DNA of 64,000 nt. Source: Azolla caroliniana (lineage: Eukaryota > Plantae > Polypodiophyta). A program made the translations under genes and the position numbers. The notes under the pieces were generated by a model, which saw nothing but the letters and a program-made list of their open reading frames with translations, searched no databases and was not told the DNA's origin. Position 1 is the first letter of the stretch, and each line of letters starts with the position of its first letter. The stretch is from the NCBI GenBank assembly GCA_043228905.1, contig JBHGNT010000002.1, forward strand, positions 11,656,001-11,720,000, read 5' to 3'. Shown here one piece after another: positions 1 to 11,500 of this stretch.

Positions 1-149
1 TATAGTATTCATAATTACTAAAATAGGAATGTAGGCCTCTAATGGCTTGTCGGCTCCCAACCGATCTTCCTTAGTTGACTTGGCTCTCGGCTTCTTCAAC
101 CGATTCAACGTACTTGCCTTTAGCCGATCCGGCTCATGTTGAATTTGTC

Positions 150-440
150 TCTCACGCCTGTTGATGTTCCAGTTCCTAGTGAGGACCTCACATCCATTGT
201 GTTCTAGTTCCTTATGAGGGCCGCACATGGTCACTCATGCCCGTTGGTGTTCTTGTTCCCGGTGAGGATCGCACATGGTGGCTCACGCCCATTGATGTTC
301 TAGTCTCCAATGAGGACCTCACATGGTCGCTCACGCCCGTTGATGTTCTAGTCTCCAATGAGAATCTCACATGGTCGCTCACATCCGTTCGTGTTCCAGC
401 CTCCAGTGAGAGCCACACATGGTCGTTCACACCCATTCTT
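150..440. repeat. 48-bp tandem repeat, about 6 degenerate copies
   Basis: Unit approx. ctcacgcccgttgatgttctagtctccaatgaggacctcacatggtcg (copies start at 282 and 330). The 16-aa periodicity is visible in ORFs 212..448 and 237..455. Confidence 0.85.
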
Positions 441-442
441 GT

Positions 443-898
443 TGTCATAGTGTAATTTGTACACTACGTGAAATAAGTACAGAGTACCCAATTAAATAAA
501 TATAAAGAAATAGAAGAAAATACAAAAATATACGTTACATGCATAGGGCAAGTCAAACCATGTACCTCCGTGTTAACAAATCCAAACCTTACCATTGTAC
601 CAACTCATCATAAGTAATATAATTAGAGATTTAATATTTCGAAAAGTTTATCCTCAAGTTTAAATTCTAGGAAAAGCTACTTTTTACACGTAGAGTGCAT
701 AAAACTTTAGTTAGAAGAAAAGGCATGAAAGAAAAAGCTATCCATGCACATCTCACATACATGAACACTATTATTAGAAGAAAAAGCAATTCATGCACAT
801 CTAGTGTGCATGAACACTTTAGAAAAAGCATGATGCTTGCCATGTGGTAAGCTATACTTAGCCTCTTCCATCACTATATAAGAAGAGGAGAAAGATGT
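443..898 (+). mobile_element. Truncated LTR of the fungal-like Ty3/Gypsy family, interrupted by a Copia LTR
   Basis: Starts TGTCATAGTGTAATT and aligns by eye with the reverse complement of 8815-9276 (shared catgcatagggcaag, catgcacatctagtgtgcatgaacac, cttagcctcttccatcactatataag) up to about 897. Confidence 0.8.
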
Positions 899-2425
899 TG
901 TCAAAGTTAATATGCAGAAGCTTCGACAAACCGGTTCACCCGGATAGCAATAGAAAGAGTATAGGTTTAATGGAAGCTTCACAAAACACAGACAAAGAGT
1001 GGGAGAGACAGAGAGAGCAGGATAACATAAACTAAATTCAAAATAATAACACTCTCTACATACAAATGTCCTATAGAACACCTTTTATACAAGTCCTTAA
1101 AATGACTAATAGAAGTACTGGCAAGTACTTCAATGCTCATACAAGCAACTAACACTAACTCCAAAGAATATGCCTACATACTAGGCTAAGGTTGTAGGTC
1201 TCTAACGGCCTACCAGTTATAATACAGTCCGTCTCTCTGATCCGGCTCTTGGTTCCGGATACCGATCTGGATACCTATTTGGTTCTCCGTTCCAGATACC
1301 GATCCAGTTCTAGCTTATTTAGCCGATCTGGATCCGGTTGAGCTTGTCCTCTCAACACTTCCCCTCAACCTCAACTTGAGGTCGGATCGCAGTGTCAATG
1401 TCTGCCGAACCTTGCGGTCGGATTCTTCTGGCGTCTTCACGCCTCGTTCGCGCTCCTCGACCTGTCCAGTCCCGCGCACCTCAACCTTCTTGATCGGCTT
1501 ATCTATTCATAAGGCCCATCTCAGCTCCTTCGTTGTTGCGACTCCGGCGCTTCACGACCCGTCGGTTCCTCCATGTCAGTGTCAACTTCCGCTACATCCT
1601 CATCCGTTTGGCCTTAAGTTGATCCGGCTCCACCGAATCAAACACCTCATCCGAATCGGATGCCTCCGATTCGTTCTAGATCTTGTCTGAATTGGTTGGT
1701 CGCCGCTTGTTCCAACTTGTTTGGACGTGTTGACTTCTTCAGTCGACTCAGCTCCCTATTCTTCTTGTCTCCCCATGCTTCAGTTTTTTCCGTCTTTTCG
1801 GCTGCTTGTTCGGTGCCTTTGCCTGTTTTCCCGTTATCCATTCTAGTTTCCTCCTTTCTCCCCCTCAAGTGCGGCATGTTGAGATGCTGAATACCAAGCA
1901 TCTCCGTAAAATGTTGCAACTTGTCGGTTTCAAGCACCTTGGTGAAGATGTCGGCAACGTGTCGATCCGTTCGTACATACCAGAGTTTAACTTCACCGCT
2001 AAGGACCCGTTTGCGCACAAAGTGATAATGCATGCACTTTTATGTGCTTCATCCGAGCATGGAACACAAGGTTCTTGGCTAGTTGCATGCTTCTCATGTT
2101 GTTGCAGCAGATCGGAATTAGAGTCGGTACTTCGATTTGGAGGTCTTGTAGCAACCGACGAAGCCAAATGGCTTCACAGGTGGCAACGGTAGCACCTCAA
2201 TACTCAGCCTCAATGCTCGAAAGAGCCACTGTCGGTTGCTTCTTGCTACTCCACGCAACATCTATGCTACCCAGAGAAAACATAAATCTGGATGTTGACT
2301 GCTGATCCGACGCATCAGCGGCCCAATCGGCATCTTTATATCCGACTAGCTTCTCGTTTATACCATGTTGGTATAACAATCCCTTGTCCTTAGTGTCGCC
2401 AACATACCTCAGTATTCGGTGCGGG
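899..2425 (-). mobile_element. Ty1/Copia 3' fragment: RNase H pseudogene, PPT and 3' LTR (899-1357)
   Basis: Minus-strand KQPTVALSSIEAEY and HYHFVRKRV..ADIFTK with frameshifts. PPT AGGGGAAG at 1358-1365 abuts LTR tgtcaaag..ctcaaca. The LTR end resembles 53372-53470. Confidence 0.85.
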
Positions 2426-2490
2426 CACCGAAGGTTGGGCCGTGCCTGGTTTCGTTCCCTTCATGTACCTCAAAACGTAGAGCATTGTCG

Positions 2491-2610
2491 TGGTGCGGTC
2501 ATACCAACACTAATACACCGGATCCCATTAGAACTATGCAGTTAAGCACGCTTGGGCCAGAACAGTAGTGGGGATGGGTGACCTCTTGGGAAGTCTTGGT
2601 ACTGCACCCC
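2491..2610 (+). rRNA. 5S rRNA: Full-length, dispersed 5S rRNA-like sequence (probable pseudogene)
   Basis: tggtgcggtcataccaacactaatacaccggatcccattagaactatgcagttaagcacgcttgggccagaacagtagtggggatgggtgacctcttgggaagtcttggtactgcacccc is collinear with plant 5S rRNA over 120 nt, including box A/IE/box C. It has several C>T and G>A changes, a 1-nt insertion and no oligo-T terminator. Confidence 0.9.
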
Positions 2611-2742
2611 GGGAAGTTGAGTTTGATTCTCAACATCGAGACTTAATTCGGCAACAACAATCCTTGCAACAACTTTTGGCTCCACCATCGCCACTTGCAG
2701 ATAAAGGCGTGATGCTTGTCTGTGCACATGTGACACGCACTT

Positions 2743-3322
2743 TAGGGATTGGCAACAGTTCGGTCAGCTAGGGTTCTCAAACCTGAACCAAACCGATCCA
2801 TAAACTGGTTTGGGAAACGGCTTGGAAACCTCCCCCTCTCTCTCACATTTGTGTAGTTCTCCCTCTCTCTTTGTCTTTGTCTCTGACAATCCACTATGTA
2901 CTATACAAGCTCCCTCCCTCCCTCCTCTATGTAGTCTCCCTCCCTCCCTCTCTCTCCTCTATGTAGTCTCCCTCTCTTTCTCTCTCTCTCTCTCTTCTCG
3001 TTTGTGTAGTCTGCCTTACACACACACTCTCTCTCTATCTCTCCTCTTTGTAGTCTCCCTCCCTCACTCTCTCTCTCTCTCTCTCCTCGTCTATGTAATC
3101 TCCGTCCCTCACTCTCTCTCTCTCCTCGTCTATGTAATCTCCGTCCCTCTCTCTCTCAAGTTTCTAAACAGCTTAACCGGTTTGAGCCGGTTTGGCAAGA
3201 CTCAAGCCATGTCGAACCGAGCTCAAACCATTTAGTCAAGCTCAAACCTAAGCCGAGATGAGCCGAGACGCTAAGTCGTTTTAAACCGGTTTAGGCTTGA
3301 GCCAAGCCGTTGTCGATCCCTA
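2743..3322. mobile_element. Non-autonomous hAT element (MITE)
   Basis: TIRs TAGGGATTGGCAACAG / ccgttgtcgatcccta. 8-bp TSD acgcactt (2735-2742) / gcgcactt (3323-3330). Subterminal aaaccg/gagccg motifs and a CT-rich core. Confidence 0.9.
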
Positions 3323-4543
3323 GCGCACTTCATGACAACACATTGGATAATGTAGAATATATCCAAAACCTTATTTGATAAGCAAGCTCTATCTTCAACC
3401 AACTTATGATACATATAATTAGTGTGCAACACAAATATCGAATTTTCACCCAAGTCGCCACATCTGAACCAATGATTAGTAAAATGATTCCCAATGCAAT
3501 TAGCAATGAAATGACCTAGTTGTATTCCATGACAGACATAACCTATATTTATTATATGTTTTGGCATTCAGGGAAATTTTAGACCCTACCTCAAACTATA
3601 TTGGACACTCTTGTTTCAAAATCTTGTGAAACTTGGCCAATGATCTCAAAAGGACAATATAGACCAAATTATTATCGTAAAAGACAAGTAGATGAGACAA
3701 CAATCTATCTCGTTGTTCATTAGCTCGAGAAATGACCTCAAATAACCCCTTAAGGAGCTTTGCAAACATCTTTCACTCTATTTCTACGCACCATAGCATT
3801 TAGCCATTGAGTAACCTGACTTACTAAAGGATTTCCCTCATAAAGAAGCAAATAATATCTAGCTCATGAAACATGGAAAAAGCCTTGAAGGTGTCCCTAT
3901 GCGAAATCTCCACCTCCACAAATATCATTCACTTCTAATTCACCATCACATCTATATTGCTAAGTAAAATATCATGTAGTGGTAGGTTAGCAACTGCATG
4001 AATTATTTCCCAATATTGATTCTTCATCCCCCCCTCCTCGCCTTTTGCCATAATACGCATGCGTATGATGGTTGTGACATCGTATCTATATCCTCTCCTT
4101 GCATATTTTTAACACCAATCTTTTGCTTCTTCAAATTGGTATTTTCTTCTCCTAATTCTCTTTGTCTCTCAATTTGTCTCTCTTATATCCATTCATCCTT
4201 TCAATGAACTATGCCCCAATTATGAGGATAACGAATGAAAGAGAAAGTAGTAACTTGTAATATTTGTGTTCAAAGATGATATTTGTGCGGGTTATGAAGA
4301 TTTTGATTTAGAGTTTGTGTAGAAGAAGAAAGTTGCTACATCGCTCTCCCGCGCCAGCACCAGGTACGACTCGACATCACGACAGTGGTATGGGACGCCG
4401 ATTGAGGTTCAAGTCCGTCTCGATCCCTTCGCTCGGGTGTGGTTGGGTGGATCGACACCCTTATTTCTCTCTCTCCTTTCTATCTATCTACCTATCATTC
4501 ATTTGTCCTTATCATACGCTTACATTAGATCATATCTCTAATA

Positions 4544-5040
4544 GCAACGACCCACATAGATGTGGCATGTGCCTCTCAATAATCATCCTGATGCCGAGTA
4601 TATGCTTACATTTACTCGTAGGGTCTTGACAATCACAATATGAGCATTGGAGTGATACAGTATACCATACATTAGGTTTTGACAAGCTCAATATTTTAAA
4701 CCAATATCGGGGCTCGTCCACGATATGCATTGTCGCATCATTAGTTTCATACCTCTCTAATAGCCTCTCGGCCTCTTTAAGTCTTGTTGTTTGATCCCTA
4801 CAATTTGCATGGGGTGCAAATCTACCACTCTCGCATATTTCTTGTTGTTGCTTGTACCATTCAATAACAGTGCCCCCGACGCAAGTGCCAGTTTGATTGT
4901 CCCCGATTAAAACATGCACAAGATCGGTAATTGATCGGTTTATCCTCCCTCTCAAGGGAGTATATTTGATAAACTGCCAATGTCTCTCCAGAATATTGGT
5001 AGTGTCATCATGTCCATGCTTATAATGTTTTCCATATTTA
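4544..5040 (-). pseudogene. MULE transposase C-terminal fragment (catalytic-E region and SWIM finger)
   Basis: KYGKHYKHGHDDTTNILERHWQFIKY..RGRINRSITDLVHVL..YTVSLQCSYCDCQDPTSKCKHILGI. The tail is near-identical to the 29350-29420 translation. Confidence 0.8.
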
Positions 5041-5425
5041 AACAGGTTGGGCGACCTGGATTATGAGAGAATGATTTTTAAGAGGTTTGGGTGACCTAGG
5101 TTATCAGAGAATTATTTTTAAGAGGTTTGGGTGACCTGGTTTATTACCATCAATGTTTTTTACAAGGGCTGGGTGACCTGCGTATAATGTTTTCCATATT
5201 TAAGTAGGTTGGGCGACCTGGATTAAGAGAGAATAATTTTTAAGAGGTTTGGGCAACCTAGTTTATTACCATCGATGTTTTTTACAAGGATTGGGTGACC
5301 TGCTTATAATGTTTTCCATATTTAAACAGGTTGGGCGACCTAGATTAAGAGAGAATGATTTTTAAGAGGTTTGGGCGACCTGGTTTATTACCATCGATGT
5401 TTTTTACAAGGGTTGGGTGACCTGA
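5021..5425. repeat. Internal repeat array of MULE A (GGTTGGGCGACC motif; higher-order unit repeated about 3 times)
   Basis: tataatgttttccatatttaa..ggttgggcgacct recurs at about 5021, 5183 and 5306. Confidence 0.85.
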
Positions 5426-5569
5426 ACACTTGAGATTGGAACATGGATATCTTTGAAAACTGCTTTTTCGAATCAGCAGACACAATTAAGAGAAAATACA
5501 CCATATCTTTGAAAACATCTTACTCAACTCAGAAGACAAATCAAAGAAAATACACCATACGCATGAAAT

Positions 5570-5712
5570 CAGCAAATCATTTGAGATCACAACTTGAGAT
5601 TGGTTTAAAACAACAAATCAACTTGAGATCACAACTTGAGATTGGTTTAAAACAGCAAATCAACTTTAGATCACAACTTGAGATTGGTTTAAAACAGCAA
5701 ATCAACTTGAGA
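5570..5712. repeat. 42-bp tandem repeat, about 3.3 copies
   Basis: Unit atcacaacttgagattggtttaaaacagcaaatcaacttgag (LRSQLEIGLKQQIN repeats in the ORF track). Confidence 0.9.
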
Positions 5713-5869
5713 TAAACACTTGTTGTAAACAACTTTTCCATTAATAAGTACTCACGATATACAATGAGTCGATACTCGCTATACAAAATTTGTGTGGATT
5801 CCAAAATATAGCTACAACATCAACTCTATAACAAAATATGTGCTGAAAACATCCTAGTACTCTTCATGC

Positions 5870-7400
5870 CCTCTCGTTCACATGAATCCGAAGTGAATCC
5901 ACTTCACGTTTGGTGAACCACATCTCTGTGCCCTGTCACCACGAATGTATAAGAACACATCTATACACAATCCACATGAATAAGGCATTGCAATTACACT
6001 TACAAAAATCGGAGATATCCATCCTCGTAAGAACTCTTCCACCAGCATCTGGATAGTCTTCATCACGTAAAAGCCACAATCCCAACAATTTGGCTGAGTT
6101 GGGATGTGCAATACGTGATGTCAACCCTCGGACACAATGGTGTGGTCTGACGATTTAGATGAAATGGTCCGAATCACCAACTCTGCCAGACTCCGCACGT
6201 TGCCATTTCTCTGTCCTTGCACATGGTCTCAAGATCTGACTCAGTAACGTCAACGGCCATATCAAGATGTTGGCAGGTCAGCTGGTACCTGAATGCATAA
6301 AAATATGTAGTTTGAGCAGGTATATCACACTCAATGTCAGTTAATAGGATACTAATTTATATTTCAAATAAAAACTACCTGGAAAAGTGTTTGTTCTTGG
6401 TTTGGATCCACAATCTAATGCCCTTGCCGTGATGAATTTGAACTGTGGCCACATCCGATGCAGCGTCATCTGAATCTAATGTTAGGGGGACAACATCAGT
6501 GTTTGACTCGACCTCCTTCCGTTGGACTGGCATCTTCTGCCGTCTCCATCTCGGTGGAGTGGACACACGACCCTCAGTTGGGTTTAGAGCCTCACCCACA
6601 TCCGTGGACACACACACCCTCTTCGGTGGATATCCCCGCCTTTTTACACTATTTCACCACAATAAGACACATGTTATTATCTGAATTCTGCCAATAAACC
6701 CTCCAACACATATCTCAAATGAAATCCTCGCTCATACTTACATAAGAATCCATACCGGATGCAATCTTCGTCTTCAACATCTCCAAACGCTCATCCTTTT
6801 TGGAGTCGTATATGGCCATCTCTCGTGGTCCATAAATCGCGCCATGAACTCTGCCTCTGTGTCAAGACGGAGCTCATCAGGAATAGAGTTGTACCTCGAA
6901 ACAACCCTAACCTTCAACTTCCGAATGTATGATTGTCGGCTTGATTTTGGGGTCCATGAATCTTCTGAGTGATCTCTGACGCTCATAGCTATTAAAGCAT
7001 GCCCCGGAGTACCATCCTCCTCCTCTATATGCATCCCTCGTGGTAAGATTATGTCAATTCCATGTTCCCTGCGTAAATGTGATTCCATGTCACATTTTTT
7101 GCGATACCACCTTGGCGAGAGGCGGCAATACTCAGTGTAGATACACGCACATGCCTTGTTCCCATTTGCATCTCTTCCAACCTTATACAACAAGTATGGG
7201 CTAGGAGCATCTGTTGTTTCTGTATGTGTTACATATTTAAGATTGACATAGTACAACGACACCAAATCCACATACCATTTGGAGGAGCATCTTCGTCGAA
7301 TGTTGCCATGGCATGTATCGGCTCGATCTGAGGCAGATGAACCACTAGTGTCTGATCCATTCTCTCCCCACCCTTAGACATGTCGGTTGACGAACTTCTC
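5870..7400 (-). pseudogene. MULE A cargo gene: C2H2-like finger plus Ulp1 (C48) protease remnant
   Basis: HIPTQPNCWDCGFYVMKTIQMLVEEF (Ulp1 catalytic Cys motif) and CACIYTEYC..KCDMESHLRREHGI; homologous to 17788-19619. I could not find the catalytic His region. Confidence 0.75.
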
Positions 7401-7654
7401 CAATGTCTTCTAACGAAAAACCTTTAACAAATCACGAGTCAACATACATGCATCACATCTCATTATCAGTATTAGGGGAGATTGGTTTGTGACATACCTC
7501 TCTTGAGTTGGATATATGTCACCAGTATCGGAACCCACCAATCTTTGTACTTGGACCTGGAAGCCATCTACCACCATTCAAGTAATCAAACATTTTCTGA
7601 ATTTAATACTCAAACACACACAAGGTTAAGATTAATCAAGCAAATCCTTAAACC

Positions 7655-8510
7655 GTAAACCATTCACATTCTAATATCAAGCATTGACATCATAATTTCA
7701 ACCGTAAACCAATATAGCTATTAAGGTCACATATCAATAAACCGTATACTTTAAGGTCACATATCACACAATATTAACTTTAATCTAGCAAAGCATTAAA
7801 CCAATAAACATTCGAATAGCAAGCATTAAAATCATCAAAAACATGTTCTAAACAATTTCTAAAACCTAAACCTCTTCACTCCTAAACCCTAAACAGTTTA
7901 TACAATCATATCTTTGAGTCTAAACCCTAAACATTGTCCCCATCATTCTAAAATCAAGTCATACTATCACATTAAAATCATAATATCAACCAAAACCTTC
8001 TCCCAAACCCTAATCCCTCAACTATTCTTACCACATGTAAAAAAAATCAGAAAATGTGATGTTATAGGCTTGATGTAAACCATTCACATTCTAATATCAA
8101 GCATTGAAATCATAATTTCAACCGTAAACCAATATAGCTATTAAGGTCACATATAAATAAACCGTATACTTTAAGGTCACATATCACACAATATTAACTT
8201 TAATCTAGCAAGGCATTAAACCGATAAACATTCTAATAGCAAGCATTAAAATCATCAAAAACATGTTCTAAACAATTTCTAAACCCTAAACCTCTTCACT
8301 CCTAAACCCTAAACAATTTATACAATAATATCTTTGAGTCTAAACCCTAAACATTGTCCCTATCATTCTAAAATCAAGTCATACTATCACATTAAAATCA
8401 TAATATCAACCAAAACCTTCTCCCAAACCCTAATCCCTCAACTATTCCAAACCCTAACCCCTCAACTATTCCTACCACATGTAAAAAAATCAAAAAATGT
8501 GATGTTATAG
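7655..8510. repeat. 420-bp direct tandem duplication rich in AAACCCTA motifs
   Basis: cattcacattctaatatcaagcattga at 7661 and 8081; the two copies are near-identical. Confidence 0.9.
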
Positions 8511-8559
8511 GGTTTAGTACATACCTGGGAATAGTAGAGGATGAGATTGATTGCCACGT

Positions 8560-11500
8560 TGTCGTGCCTTTCAGCGCCAGATCGTTGCATGAGTCGGGTA
8601 GGAACCGTTGGGGTTTTGGACTAGGAGAAAGAAGAATATGAGATAAGGTTTGTTACGAATCGATTGCAAGATGAAGATATGAAACTTGTGAATCCCACGA
8701 GTATAGTGTATTAATTGATATTTAGATTGTAAGAGAGAAATAGATGGCAAAATGGTGAATTCCCACGAATATTTTATATTAATCAACTCCTTATAAAAAA
8801 TCAACAACCATATACATCTTTTCTCTCTTCCTTATATAGTGATGGAAGAGGCTAAGCATAGCATCATGCTTTTTCCTAAGGTGTTCATGCACACTAGATG
8901 TGCATGAGTTGCCTTTTTCAACCATGCTTTTTTATTTCCTAAATATAGTGCTCATGCACACTAGATGTGCATGAGTAATTGGCTTGCGTTTTTCTTCCGA
9001 ATAAAGTTTTCACGCACTCTAAAAGTGCATGATTTACTTTTTTGTAAAAATAGGCATAAATATAACTCTTATAGGTATATTAAATCCATATTTAGATCAC
9101 TTATGATAAGTTAGTGCAATGGTAAAGTTTGGGTTTGTTTACATGGAGGTATAGAGTTTGAATCTTGCCCTATGCATGTAACAATATTTTTAATATTTTC
9201 TTTTATTTATTTATGGGTACTTAAATCGGATATATTTTTTACATATTTCATGTAGTGTGTGAATTACACTACGACACTCGCACCCTCCGAACCCGCACAT
9301 CCTTTAGTATGTGCCGAAGTTCCCGATGCTTGTTTTTCGCCTTCATCCGTAGCACTCTCCGATTCTCCCCTTATGTCGATTATCAATTGTAGTCCACTTT
9401 CTTCGCTTTCCGCATCACCGCGATCTTTGTCTGATTGCTCCTCATTGTCGGTCTTGTCTAAGCTTACATAAAGTTCGTCGTTAGTTCGCTTCTTGAAAAT
9501 CTTCACCCGTTTCCCCGCTATAGGCACCCGTAGTACTGTTCCATCCAACTCGCATAGTCGGTAAGTTCCGTTGTCGAAAACTTTCCAAACCTCGTATGGC
9601 CCGAACCACCTTTTAGCAAACTTCCGTATCGTTGCATGTTGATGATCCAAACTGCTATCGTAGACAATCACCCAATCTCCTTCTTCAATCTTCCGTGGTC
9701 GTAGTCGATGCTTTGTGTCGAATCGACTTTTGTTCCGGAATCGCGCTTCCTGTTGTCGGCGTGTTGCTTCCGCTATGTCTTCTAGTCTTCCCTCTAGTTG
9801 TCGTATCTTGACCGCTAATAGTTCTTCCCGGCTCATTTCTTCCTTCCACGGTAACATTGTCCATGTTGCAATTGCAGTTTCCGTCGGCATTACCAATGCT
9901 TGCCCGGTCATAAGTTCGGTTGGCATATAACCGGTCACGAAACTATGCGTCGTGCGATCCGCCCATAGTGCATACGGAAGCATTTGCGGTCAATCCTTCA
10001 CCCTTCCGTCGCATGCTTTTGCAAGTGCTTTAACAATTGGACTATGTCCTCGCTCGATCTTTCCGTCAGCTTCCAAATTGTATGTCGTGGTTAGTGTTAA
10101 CCGTACTCCATGTCTGACGAAGAATTCCCTAGCTTTATCAGAGTCAAGTTCTCCCCAATCATCAATCACTTGTCCTACGCACTCGTACCTACAGAACACT
10201 TCTTCCAAGAGAACTTGGCATACTGTGGAACATGTTTTACTCCATAGTGCCCGTCCTTCTACTTGGTTTGTTAGATCTTCCCGGGCTAACACCAAGTACT
10301 TCTTTTGTCTAATCCCAGTTGGCATGGCCACAATGTCGACCATCCATTTGAAGTTGATTGTCGGATGTAATTCATCTCGGTGTCGAACTACGGAGTAGAT
10401 TTGACATTTCTCACAGCTTTCTGTGAACTCCGCTACATCTTTGTACATATTCTTCCACCAATATTTTTGTTTGATCTTCGCAAATGTTGACCATGTTCCC
10501 CGATGTCCAGCCCAATCGGATTTGTGAAATTCGGACATTATCCGATTTCGTTGCTCTTTTGTTCCAACTACCCGTAGTGGTATACCATTCAATCTTTTCG
10601 GCTCCCTCCAAATTAATCCATTGTTCAAGAAAAACTTTTGGATTTGACGCTTCTTACTTTGGATCTCAGCTCTCTTTTCTTTATTGTCCGATGATTCCTC
10701 GATTTCTTGTAGCACTTTCCCGATCAACAAACTTTCTCCCTCGTATTCTTCTTCCCGGAATTCTCGAATTACATTCACCCGGCATATGTTCTCCGAAGTA
10801 AAGTAGTTTTCGGAAACTTCTTCATTATCAGATTCGGCTATGTCGTCTCCGAACCATGCCCTTGATAGCATATACACTACCGCGTTGTCTTTTCCGCAGA
10901 TATGTCGTATCTCCGGATTAAGCGACTTTACATATGCAATCCATCTTAGCATAGCCACATCCAGTATCGTGCAACACCGCATCATCCCGAGTATCAGAAG
11001 ACAATCCATTTTGATCACTACTTCGGCTCCAATTAAGTAATCTCGATCTGATTTTATTGCCGACACAACTCCCCATAATTCTCTTTTGACTTGTGCATAT
11101 CCGCGTTGCCTTTCGTTGAGAACTTTTGCTCCAAATCGGATCAGATATTGTGAACCATCCGAATCGGCTTGATTGATGACCCATCCGATCCCGATTAGAC
11201 TTGTATCAACCATTACTATAATCGGTCGGTCATAGTTCGGCTTCTTAAGTGCTTCTGCCCTCTGTAGTGATTTCTTGAGCTTCTTCACGGCTTTGGTATG
11301 TTCCGGTTTCCATTCAAACTTCTTCCCCTTCCACAACAAGTGATAGAGTGGGTCCGCAATGTGTGCATAGTGCGGAATCCATATGTGATAGAATGCACAT
11401 GCCCCAAGAAATCTACGGACTTCGGATTGTGACTCGCATATTTCTTTCATAGCTTGAATCGCATCGATCTTGACTGGCGATGGTCTTCAGCCATAGGGCC

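Noticed and set aside
2491-2610. Cassandra TRIM or functional 5S gene
   Set aside because: There is no second LTR or PBS/PPT, and the whole 5S is present rather than the internal part. Mutations and the missing terminator argue against a functional gene.
2810-3235. 141-aa Leu/Ser-rich ORF
   Set aside because: Translation of the CT-rich core of the hAT MITE.
3331-4540. Possible gene or missing TIR of MULE A
   Set aside because: No TIR match, no recognisable coding motif and no convincing exon chain; left unannotated.
5021-5712. CRISPR-like regularly spaced repeats
   Set aside because: The spacers are themselves repeated, there are no cas genes, and the context is a eukaryotic MULE.
7860-8465. 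Telomeric array or chromosome end
   Set aside because: Only scattered AAACCCTA motifs inside a 420-bp duplication within a MULE; no continuous (TTTAGGG)n tract.
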